Below are positions 1-7,103 of a stretch of DNA of 64,000 bases, in pieces (position 1 is the first letter of the stretch; each line of letters opens with the position of its first letter). The DNA is from a virus (Duplodnaviria > Caudoviricetes). Under the pieces are notes generated by a model that had not been told where the DNA came from, ran no database searches, and was given only the letters and a program-made list of their open reading frames with translations. Where the stretch lies: IMG/VR virus record IMGVR_UViG_3300025889_000070, one strand, 5' to 3'. Position numbers and translations under genes: made by a program.

Positions 1-134
1 TAAAACTAGAAGATGCTGGTATTGTTTACGAAACTGGTCCTTTTACTGAAAGTCATTGGAAGGACTGTCAGAAACTACCTAACGATTGGTATGTCGCTAC
101 TCAGAGTATTGAATCGTTTGGTGTGTTGAAGTAG
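1..134 (+). CDS. C-terminal part (5' truncated by window edge) of a probable Sm/LSm(Hfq)-like fold protein
   Basis: Frame from nt 3 reads KLEDAGIVYETGPFTESHWKDCQKLPNDWYVATQSIESFGVLK*. (V)KLEDA resembles the end of Sm1 (LVLEDA); WYVATQSIESF fits the register of Sm2 (LFIRGDNIVLI). Not in the ORF track. Confidence 0.5.
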   Translation, partial: KLEDAGIVYETGPFTESHWKDCQKLPNDWYVATQSIESFGVLK

Positions 135-151
135 TCTTGTTGACGATAACA

Positions 152-367
152 ATGATGTTCCAAACAAAGACAATTAAGACTAGGACTGGGTATAGGTCTA
201 GGCCTTGGTCTTGGTCTAGGTCTAGGTCTTGGTCTAGGTCTAGGTCTGGATCTTGGTCTATGTCTTGGTCTAGGTCTTGGTATGGGGCTTGGTATGGGGC
301 TTGGTCTGGGGCTTGGTCTAGGTCTGGGTCTTGGTCTAAGTCTTGGTCTAGGTCTGGGAGTAATTGA
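152..367 (+). CDS. Ser/Arg/Trp/Gly-repeat basic peptide 1 (71 aa)
   Basis: MMFQTKTIKTR leader, then (S-R/W/G)n, ending GSN*; stop overlaps next ATG (TGATG). Confidence 0.65.
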   Translation: MMFQTKTIKTRTGYRSRPWSWSRSRSWSRSRSGSWSMSWSRSWYGAWYGAWSGAWSRSGSWSKSWSRSGSN

Positions 368-453
368 TGTTCCAAACAAAGAGAATTAAGACTAGGTCTA
401 AGTTTGATTTTGGGTCTAGGTCTAGGTATTGGTCTAGGTATGGGAGTAATTGA
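367..453 (+). CDS. Ser/Arg-repeat peptide 2 (28 aa)
   Basis: MFQTKRIKTRSKFDFGSRSRYWSRYGSN*; GGGAG SD upstream; TGATG coupling at both ends; below ORF-track cutoff. Confidence 0.65.
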   Translation: MFQTKRIKTRSKFDFGSRSRYWSRYGSN

Positions 454-653
454 TGTTCCAAACAAAGAGAATTAAGACTAGGACTAGGTCTGGGTATAGG
501 TCTAGGTCTGGGTATAGGTCTAGTTCTGGGTATAGGTCTAGGTCTGGGTCTTGGTCTTGGTCTAGTTCTGGGTATAGGTCTAGGTCTGGGTCTAGGTCTG
601 GGTCTTGGTCTAGACCTTGGTCTAGGCCTGTGTCTTACTCTGGGAGTAATTGA
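453..653 (+). CDS. Ser/Arg/Gly/Tyr-repeat peptide 3 (66 aa)
   Basis: MFQTKRIKTR leader, (SGYRSR)n core, GSN*; GGGAG SD; TGATG coupling. Confidence 0.65.
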   Translation: MFQTKRIKTRTRSGYRSRSGYRSSSGYRSRSGSWSWSSSGYRSRSGSRSGSWSRPWSRPVSYSGSN

Positions 654-787
654 TGTTCCAAACAAAGAGAGTTAAAACTAGGTCTGGGGTTAGGTCTTGG
701 TCTGGGTCTGGGTCTTGGTCTTGGTATGGATCGCGGGTAGAAAAAGATAATTGGGTCTATAATCTACCTAAGAACTACTACGAATAA
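653..787 (+). CDS. Ser/Trp/Gly-repeat peptide 4 (44 aa) with unique C-terminus
   Basis: MFQTKRVKTRSGVRSWSGSGSWSWYGSRVEKDNWVYNLPKNYYE*; followed by GAGG SD and the ATG at 798. Confidence 0.6.
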   Translation: MFQTKRVKTRSGVRSWSGSGSWSWYGSRVEKDNWVYNLPKNYYE

Positions 788-797
788 GAGGAATAGG

Positions 798-1040
798 ATG
801 AAAATATTTGATCTTGAACAAGAGATTATGAAGGCTTGGCATGTCGTAGATGACATCCAACTTCTTAATGAGAATGTCATGGAAACAGATATGTCTACTG
901 ACGATATTGCTAATGCTCTTCTTGGATTAGAAAAGCTGTACAATATGAGATTTGAAAAGGTTTTTAATACGTTTGAAGAAGTCTGCAAAGAATATCATGC
1001 AATGAGGAAACAAAATGAAAACGATTACACTCAGAGTTGA
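798..1040 (+). CDS. hypothetical phage protein
   Basis: 80-aa ORF, GAGG SD. Confidence 0.7.
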   Translation: MKIFDLEQEIMKAWHVVDDIQLLNENVMETDMSTDDIANALLGLEKLYNMRFEKVFNTFEEVCKEYHAMRKQNENDYTQS

Positions 1041-1158
1041 AGATTGCGACCAAGTTGTCATCGACGATCTGAAAGATTCTTATCATTTGAGCAATCAGTT
1101 TGATAGGGATGAAAATGAATCCAATGGAGAAAAAATATGCTTATTAGTACTAGCGTAG
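1015..1158 (+). pseudogene. Internally deleted, frameshifted paralog of 1441..1671
   Basis: First 24 codons encode the same MKTITLRVEDCDQVVIDDLKDSYH; then a jump to AAAATGAATCCAATGG, matching the 3' end of the intact copy out of frame. Confidence 0.7.
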
Positions 1159-1376
1159 ATGTAGATGTAGATGTAGATTTAGACGATTTTGACGAAGACG
1201 ACCTTATAGACGAACTTGAAAGACGTGGGTTTTACGTAAGCAAGCATAAGCCACATATCGAAGTCTTAGACAAAGAAGCTCTACAATTTTTGCTGGATCT
1301 GGTTGACAAACAGACCGAAACGTGGTATACTCGTAGAGTAAGAGAAAAATTACTGGAGATATTGTGTGGTAATTAA
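1137..1376 (+). CDS. hypothetical acidic protein (VDVDVDVD from GTAGAT repeats)
   Basis: 79-aa ORF. Confidence 0.65.
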   Translation: MLISTSVDVDVDVDLDDFDEDDLIDELERRGFYVSKHKPHIEVLDKEALQFLLDLVDKQTETWYTRRVREKLLEILCGN

Positions 1377-1432
1377 ACACGAACCACTGTTTAACACTCA
1401 ACGGGGTTGCGAACTCTAATCCAACAAAGATG
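1366..1432 (+). pseudogene. Nonsense-mutated remnant paralogous to the N-terminus of 2620..2892
   Basis: VIKHEPLFNTQRGCEL*SNKD aligns ungapped to MIKHEPIFDTDKICEHYSKKD; TAA at the TAT position. Confidence 0.7.
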
Positions 1433-1440
1433 AGATGAGG

Positions 1441-1671
1441 ATGAAAACGATTACACTCAGAGTTGAAGACTGTGACCAAGTTGTCATCGACGATCTGAAA
1501 GATTCTTATCATAGGAACAATCGGTTTGATAAGGTTGACTGTTCAAATGACGTTCTTGAGCCAGACTTTGAGTTACTCAAGGCAATTCTAACTGTGTTAG
1601 CATACTATATGCCGCATGAGGATTATGAAGAGTGGGTTAAAATGAATCCAATGGTGAAAGAAAATGACTGA
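1441..1671 (+). CDS. hypothetical phage protein
   Basis: ORF; GAGG upstream; overlaps next ATG. Confidence 0.7.
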   Translation: MKTITLRVEDCDQVVIDDLKDSYHRNNRFDKVDCSNDVLEPDFELLKAILTVLAYYMPHEDYEEWVKMNPMVKEND

Positions 1672-1987
1672 TTATAATCCTGACAATTGGGTTGTTATTA
1701 AAATGAAGTGTGATGATCCTCATTATCGTGTGCTCGCTGGTTGGAGCGGTGGATACCTTGACGGCGACAGTTGGCGTATGAACAGTGGCATTACTCGTGT
1801 AGAGGATGCCGGTGATAGATTTAACTTCTATGGATCAACTGGCAGTTGCTATAGTTGCGGTAAAGAGAGTTATACTCTACGCAACAACAATGCTCACATT
1901 TGGACACAGTTGCAAGAACTATACGGTGATAAAGTTGAAATGATGCCAGAAGAAACAGACTGGCTAGGCATGGATTGGATTATTTGA
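1664..1987 (+). CDS. conserved hypothetical phage protein (YRVLAGWSGGYLDGDSWRMNSG)
   Basis: 107-aa ORF; motif recalled from myovirus hypothetical proteins. Confidence 0.75.
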   Translation: MTDYNPDNWVVIKMKCDDPHYRVLAGWSGGYLDGDSWRMNSGITRVEDAGDRFNFYGSTGSCYSCGKESYTLRNNNAHIWTQLQELYGDKVEMMPEETDWLGMDWII

Positions 1988-1994
1988 GGCGATT

Positions 1995-2618
1995 ATGAAA
2001 GTTAAAATAGGATCTTATCCAAACAGACTCCGATCTCGTGTTTATGAGAACTATATGAGCAAGAAGTATGGTTATGTGAATTGGCCCAATGAGCATTCAC
2101 GATTTGAAAACACACTTGAATGGGTGGAAGATCGTATGCAAGATGTTTATAATGTGTTTAACTGGATTTGGTTTGATCGACGCACACAAAAAGTAAAAGT
2201 GCGTATTGATCCATGGGACACATGGAGTATGGATCATACTCTTGCTCCTATTATTTTGCCTATGCTAGTACAATTAAAGGAAACCAAGCACGGTGCTTCA
2301 CATGTTGATTTGGAAGATGTACCCAAGGAACTACACGGTAAGAAACTTACCAAGAAGCAGAAAGAACAGGGCGATGTAGATGACAAACATTTCGAACGCT
2401 GGGATTGGGTCCTGAACGAAATGATTTGGGCTTTTGAACAAAAGTGCCGTGACCACTGGGAAGAAGATTATTACGGTCCATTTATCGAAGGTGAAGATGA
2501 CGGAATCTTAGGCGGACATTTTGAATGGACCGACGACGAAGGTAGACAGAAACATCAAGAAAGAATGAGCAATGGATTTAGACTGTTTGGAAAATATTTT
2601 GAATCGCTATGGGATTGA
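1995..2618 (+). CDS. conserved hypothetical phage protein (Trp-rich)
   Basis: 207-aa ORF, GAGG SD. Confidence 0.75.
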   Translation: MKVKIGSYPNRLRSRVYENYMSKKYGYVNWPNEHSRFENTLEWVEDRMQDVYNVFNWIWFDRRTQKVKVRIDPWDTWSMDHTLAPIILPMLVQLKETKHGASHVDLEDVPKELHGKKLTKKQKEQGDVDDKHFERWDWVLNEMIWAFEQKCRDHWEEDYYGPFIEGEDDGILGGHFEWTDDEGRQKHQERMSNGFRLFGKYFESLWD

Positions 2619-2619
2619 A

Positions 2620-2892
2620 ATGATGATTAAACACGAACCAATTTTTGATACTGACAAGATTTGCGAACACTATAGCAAGAAAGATGGTGAACTATTACAT
2701 GATTTTGAAACCCAACAAGTTCAGAGATTGATAGACTATCTTGACGTTGTTAAGACTCCACACAGTGATGCATTTGATATGCCAAAATTGCACAATGATT
2801 TTAAGAAGTTTTATCAACAGTACGATGTTAGAAGAAATAAAAACTTTTCAAGTACTTTTGCCAGTCTCAGTAACTGGTACGAAACGCTGTAA
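2620..2892 (+). pseudogene. Apparent in-frame chimera: MIKHEP... N-terminus fused to the C-terminal tail of a phage radical-SAM-family protein
   Basis: First 22 aa are paralogous to the 1366 remnant; the rest (QRLIDYLDVVKTPH...DFKKFYQQYDVRRNKNF) resembles phage twitch/radical SAM C-termini (recognition from memory). Confidence 0.5.
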
Positions 2893-2900
2893 CGATAAAT

Positions 2901-4478
2901 ATGGTTATGGATATTGTAATTTGTAGTATTCCGCGAATGAGTATATATTATCCGCCAGCCGCCCCTGCACTAATCAAAGCAAGTGTACAAGCAGCTGGCT
3001 ACACTGCAACGACCGTTGACTTTGTGATTCAGTTCCATGACAAATACTTTGGAACACCAATGTGGGATCAACTTGATCAATGGCTAGTCCTTGAAACAAA
3101 TGATCCTGAATCCTATGCAATCATGAAACAAGAAGCTGATCAGTGGGCAGATCAAATGTTATCACTATCACCTAAGTGGATAGGCATAAGTGTTTTTAGT
3201 TTTGAAAGTCACAAAATAGCAAAGTTACTTTGCATTAGTATCCGTAAAAAAAGCACTGATGTAAAAATTGTCCTCGGCGGTGCTGGACTAAGCGGGGATG
3301 TATATGATGTAGGTGCTCAGTACAGAAACAACAACCTCTGCGATGAAATTATCACTGGTGACGGTGAGGCCAGTATCATTGAACTACTACGAGAAACCTA
3401 CAACGGAAAATTTGATCGATTGGATGATCTAGATCACTGGCCGCATGCAGACTTCAGTGATTACGATTTGGACTTGTACAAAGCAAACAAGCAACGCAAA
3501 AATGATATACCAACAAACAAGATGGATGTGTGGCAAGGATATGGCAATGCCTGGTATCGTAGCGACGAGATACTCACACTGCCATTGGTAGGATCAAGAG
3601 GATGTGTGCGCAAGTGTTCATTCTGCGACATTCCGCATTTGTGGCCCAAGTATAAAACTCGCAGTGCAGAAAATATTGCACAAGAAGTTATTGCACAGTA
3701 TGAGCAACATAACGTGCAGCGTTTTCACTTTACAGATAGTTTGATAAATGGCAATCAAAAGAATTTTCGTAACTTGGCGGAAATACTCAGCGAATATAGA
3801 ACACGCACAGGCGCAGACTTTACTATTACAGGACAGTACATTTGTCGTAGCGAAGAACATGAAAGTCAAGAATACTACAATCTATTGAGCAGTGCAGGCT
3901 TTAAAATTCTTGAAATTGGAATTGAAAGCGGCAGTGAAGCAGTGCGCTGGCATATGGGTAAAAAGTTTACCAATCACGACGTGGATGTACTATTGGAGAG
4001 ATTGCACAAGGCTGATATGAAGGCTGTGCTATTGTTTATTGTTGGATACCCAACCGAGACCATTGAAGACTTTCACCACACAATGGACATGCTAACAAGA
4101 TATCAGCCCTATGTAGAAAGCGGCACAGTGGTTGAAGCATGTCTTGGCGGAACTCAACACATCGATCCCAATAGTGCTTTAGGTAAAGATCCTCATATCG
4201 TTACCAGTATTGATAGCAAAGGCAACGTAGATTATTTTAATTGGACATACAGTAAAAATACAGAACTAACATTTAAAGAACGCATTAGACGTAGACTTGT
4301 TGTCATGGAACATGCACAAAGTCTAGGATATTTAAGCCCAACAAACAATCAAGAAATTGCAATTCTAAGAAAAAGATGGAAGAACGTCAATGAAACTAAC
4401 AATACAACTGCGAACAATGACTGCCTTGCAGCGCGGCCCGAACTTGCGCACCAGGGTCAACAAGCAATTACTGCATGA
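2901..4478 (+). CDS. Cobalamin-binding (class B-like) radical SAM protein
   Basis: N-terminal PPAAPALIKA...IVLGGAG B12-binding-like region; SRGCVRKCSFC CxxxCxxC; FTDSLING, IGIESGS, LFIVGYPTE. Confidence 0.85.
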   Translation: MVMDIVICSIPRMSIYYPPAAPALIKASVQAAGYTATTVDFVIQFHDKYFGTPMWDQLDQWLVLETNDPESYAIMKQEADQWADQMLSLSPKWIGISVFSFESHKIAKLLCISIRKKSTDVKIVLGGAGLSGDVYDVGAQYRNNNLCDEIITGDGEASIIELLRETYNGKFDRLDDLDHWPHADFSDYDLDLYKANKQRKNDIPTNKMDVWQGYGNAWYRSDEILTLPLVGSRGCVRKCSFCDIPHLWPKYKTRSAENIAQEVIAQYEQHNVQRFHFTDSLINGNQKNFRNLAEILSEYRTRTGADFTITGQYICRSEEHESQEYYNLLSSAGFKILEIGIESGSEAVRWHMGKKFTNHDVDVLLERLHKADMKAVLLFIVGYPTETIEDFHHTMDMLTRYQPYVESGTVVEACLGGTQHIDPNSALGKDPHIVTSIDSKGNVDYFNWTYSKNTELTFKERIRRRLVVMEHAQSLGYLSPTNNQEIAILRKRWKNVNETNNTTANNDCLAARPELAHQGQQAITA

Positions 4479-4896
4479 AGTTGACGACTTACAGGCAGAT
4501 ACCGAGTTAGAATTAGAATTTGATCCTCAAGATGCAAATCAACTTGTAATAGAACATTGGGGCAAGTACCCTATGCACATAGCTCCTGGAGAAGATATTG
4601 CATGCGAAGTTGTTAGCATAAAGTTTGATGGCATTCAGATTCATCGTAACTTGTTATACACAGCAGAATTTTATCCAAATTGGCAATACAGTGATGCGCC
4701 CAACATTGTATCAGATAGTTGTTACATAGGATATAACGGCGTATGGAGTTTGGTATTTCCCCGAGATCCTATAGGTTGGACCCTTGACTATATTGAAAAA
4801 GAAATGTTTGACTTGGGAACTGATTACAATCATCAAGAAATAGGTGATGATATAGGTGCCCAAGACTTGGCAGATTTCAAGAAAGATTTTTTTTAG
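4390..4896 (+). CDS. hypothetical protein
   Basis: 168-aa ORF overlapping the radical SAM 3' end. Confidence 0.7.
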   Translation: MKLTIQLRTMTALQRGPNLRTRVNKQLLHEVDDLQADTELELEFDPQDANQLVIEHWGKYPMHIAPGEDIACEVVSIKFDGIQIHRNLLYTAEFYPNWQYSDAPNIVSDSCYIGYNGVWSLVFPRDPIGWTLDYIEKEMFDLGTDYNHQEIGDDIGAQDLADFKKDFF

Positions 4897-4929
4897 TCAC
4901 AACACTTTAAAGCATTAAGTACTGGTACG

Positions 4930-5421
4930 ATGAGCTATAATTACAACAGCAGTGAGCCAATCAAAATTGCGCTTGCTGACCTAAACCCACGCGAACGTGA
5001 ACTGCTAACAGAAAGCAAAACATTTTGTATGTATCCTTGGATACACCTACATGCATATCCGACAGGCGAAGCATATCCTTGCTGTCATGCAGAAATGGGT
5101 GTTGGGCAGGTGGGAAACTGCAAAAACAATACCATGCAGGAGATTTGGAACAGTCCGGAGCAAAAACAGTTGCGTGTTGACATGCTAACTGAACAGCACA
5201 ATCCTGCTTGTGGACGCTGTTACGAGCAAGAAAAATCAGGTTTCTTTTCAGGCCGTCAAAGTGCAAACAAACACCACGGACATCACATTGACAGAGTGTT
5301 TGAAACACAAGCAGACGGTGGCTATGATGACTTTGAAATGACCTATTGGGATATTCGATTTAGTAATCTATGCAATTTAAGTTGCAGAAGGGTATACGGA
5401 TATTACTCCGAAACAAATTAA
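4930..5421 (+). pseudogene. Truncated SPASM/twitch-domain radical SAM protein
   Basis: FCMYPW, PCC, IWNS, CGRCY (twitch/SPASM), then DIRFSNLCNLSCR breaks before the third Cys and ends VYGYYSETN*. Confidence 0.8.
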
Positions 5422-5551
5422 AGAGATACAAGTATTTATGGACGAACTAAGCGAGTATAGTCCAATTCGCTGGGGATTTAATAACTTTATTAATTATTGG
5501 GAAGATGCAACATACGAGGAATTCAAAAATGGCACGGATGAAGGTTGTTGA
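5390..5551 (+). pseudogene. Headless C-terminal remnant of an unrelated ORF
   Basis: GYTDITPKQIKEIQVFMDELSEY...EGC* is open in another frame from the junction, with an in-frame TAA at 5378 and no start before it. Confidence 0.5.
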
Positions 5552-5675
5552 ACCATTACCAGAACCTATGTATTGCTGGTGCGTAGATTATTGGATCAAA
5601 GTACAGCACTGGCAAAATTCAATGGATCCAGAAATGCTTTGTAGGTTATTTGCAGCAACAGTTTTATTGCAATGA
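5538..5675 (+). CDS. small hypothetical protein (45 aa)
   Basis: MKVVEPLPEPMYCWCVDYW...; overlaps remnant stop. Confidence 0.5.
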   Translation: MKVVEPLPEPMYCWCVDYWIKVQHWQNSMDPEMLCRLFAATVLLQ

Positions 5676-5686
5676 ATAAATAGAAT

Positions 5687-5908
5687 ATGACTCATGAGGA
5701 TTACACTGTTGGATGTGTGACATTTCCCAAGACAAAAGAGGGTTATATTAACTTCCTAAAAGCTCAGCGTGATTATCTAATAGGAAGAAGAGCCACTATC
5801 AGATCAACAGTGCTAACAAATGTATATTATCCAGGTGAATATGAGAGAAATGGACCAATGGTAATACCTATAAAAAAAGATAAATATACAAATGGGCGTA
5901 AAAATTAA
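5687..5908 (+). CDS. hypothetical protein
   Basis: 73-aa ORF after an ATAAATA motif. Confidence 0.6.
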   Translation: MTHEDYTVGCVTFPKTKEGYINFLKAQRDYLIGRRATIRSTVLTNVYYPGEYERNGPMVIPIKKDKYTNGRKN

Positions 5909-6161
5909 TGAATCAACTGAAGTTCAAATCCCTTTAAAATTAGTTGTTGGCATAATATTTGCTATTATTTCTGCATCTTATTTTGTTTTTCATATTGAAG
6001 AGCGCATTGACTTTTTGGAAATGAAGTTAGAAAAATTTGCAATGCAATTTGAAAACTACAAAGCGCAACCCAGTAGAGGACATACCGAAATTGAAGTTCT
6101 CAAGACACAACTGGAAAATATACAAAAACAGATAGACTACATTTCTCAAGGAAAAAAATAA
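5892..6161 (+). CDS. single-TM plus coiled-coil membrane protein
   Basis: LVVGIIFAIISASYFVF hydrophobic stretch; ATAAATA at 5880. Confidence 0.7.
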   Translation: MGVKINESTEVQIPLKLVVGIIFAIISASYFVFHIEERIDFLEMKLEKFAMQFENYKAQPSRGHTEIEVLKTQLENIQKQIDYISQGKK

Positions 6162-6163
6162 TA

Positions 6164-7078
6164 GTGATTAACGCAGATGAAAACAAAGAAGCAGAAAAGA
6201 AAGAAGACGAAGGCGTAGAAGTTGGAGTCAGTAACGATTTCACTGCTGGAAGACCTGCTGAAGAACAAGCTCATGTAGGTACTGGAGCAGAAGCAAATGC
6301 AAATACTACAATTGCAGGGGTTGACTTAGAAGCACACGCAGGCGCTGAAGCACACGCTGGTGCAGGTACAGAAGTGACTAATACTACTGTTGCCGCAAAT
6401 GCAGAAGCAGTTGTTAGTGCAGAAGCAGGCGCAAGTGCCTCCTACGGTGATACCACAGTAGAAGCTCACGCAGGTGCAGAAGCACACGCAGAAGCAGGCG
6501 CACAAGCAGGTGTAAGTGGCGGCAATGCATATGCACAAGCAGGTGCAGAAGTTGGTGCAAGTGCAGAAGCAAGTACTAGTGTTAGTCAGCAAGTAGGGGA
6601 TGTAGAAGTTAAAAACGAAACATCAGTACACGCAGAAACAGGCGCAAGTGTTGGTGCTGATGCACAAGTTGGCAAAGACGGTGTAGCAGGACATGCTGGC
6701 GCACACGCAGGCGCAAGTGTTGGTGTAGATAACACAACTAGCGCATACGACAGCAACGGCAATGGTGGATCAGCAACTGCTGGTGTTAGTGTTGGAGTAC
6801 AAGCAGGCGCAGAAGTAGGCGGCGGAGCAACTATGGATGATGGTGTTGCCACTGTTGGTGTTAGCGGAGAAGTTGAATTGCTAGTAGGAGTTGATGTTGA
6901 CCTAAGCGTTAGCGTAGATACAAAGCCAGCACAAGAAGCAGTAGTTGATACTGCTAATACAGTAGCAAAAGAAACTACAAAAACCGCAGACAAAGTTGTT
7001 GATACAGCAAAAGACACTGGTAAGAAAGCAGGCGATGCTATCTCAAAACCATTTAAGAAAGTTAAGAAACCCTGGTAA
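6164..7078 (+). CDS. Ala/Gly/Val/Glu-rich repeat protein with amphipathic C-terminus
   Basis: (AEAHAG/ASVG)n alternating pattern; Lys/Thr-rich repeats at the end. Confidence 0.8.
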   Translation: MINADENKEAEKKEDEGVEVGVSNDFTAGRPAEEQAHVGTGAEANANTTIAGVDLEAHAGAEAHAGAGTEVTNTTVAANAEAVVSAEAGASASYGDTTVEAHAGAEAHAEAGAQAGVSGGNAYAQAGAEVGASAEASTSVSQQVGDVEVKNETSVHAETGASVGADAQVGKDGVAGHAGAHAGASVGVDNTTSAYDSNGNGGSATAGVSVGVQAGAEVGGGATMDDGVATVGVSGEVELLVGVDVDLSVSVDTKPAQEAVVDTANTVAKETTKTADKVVDTAKDTGKKAGDAISKPFKKVKKPW

Positions 7079-7103
7079 TACTTTTACAAAACTACATATA
7101 ATA

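Larger units (their letters stand above)
152..730. repeat. Array of 42-bp junction repeats (355-396, 441-482, 641-682, partial 152-184) separated by variable TCT-DGG hexamer tracts
   Basis: TGGGAGTAATTGATGTTCCAAACAAAGAGAATTAAGACTAGG read directly; copy 3 has 2 mismatches. Confidence 0.95.

Noticed and set aside
97-665. Minus-strand Pro-Arg and Asp-Leu repeat ORFs in the track
   Set aside because: They are shadows of the hexamer repeat. Only the + frame has an SD, coupled start/stop at every junction, and the same orientation as the neighbouring genes.
355-682. CRISPR array (42-bp repeats with spacers)
   Set aside because: The spacers are low-complexity, mutually similar and vary from 44 to 158 bp; the repeat is SD + stop/start + leader codons; no cas genes are in the window.
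152-730. Diversity-generating retroelement TR/VR
   Set aside because: No reverse transcriptase in the window; variation includes length changes and non-adenine positions on both strands.
6326-7017. Cys/Thr-rich and Ser/Pro-rich minus-strand ORFs
   Set aside because: Antisense shadows of the repetitive 6164..7078 gene.
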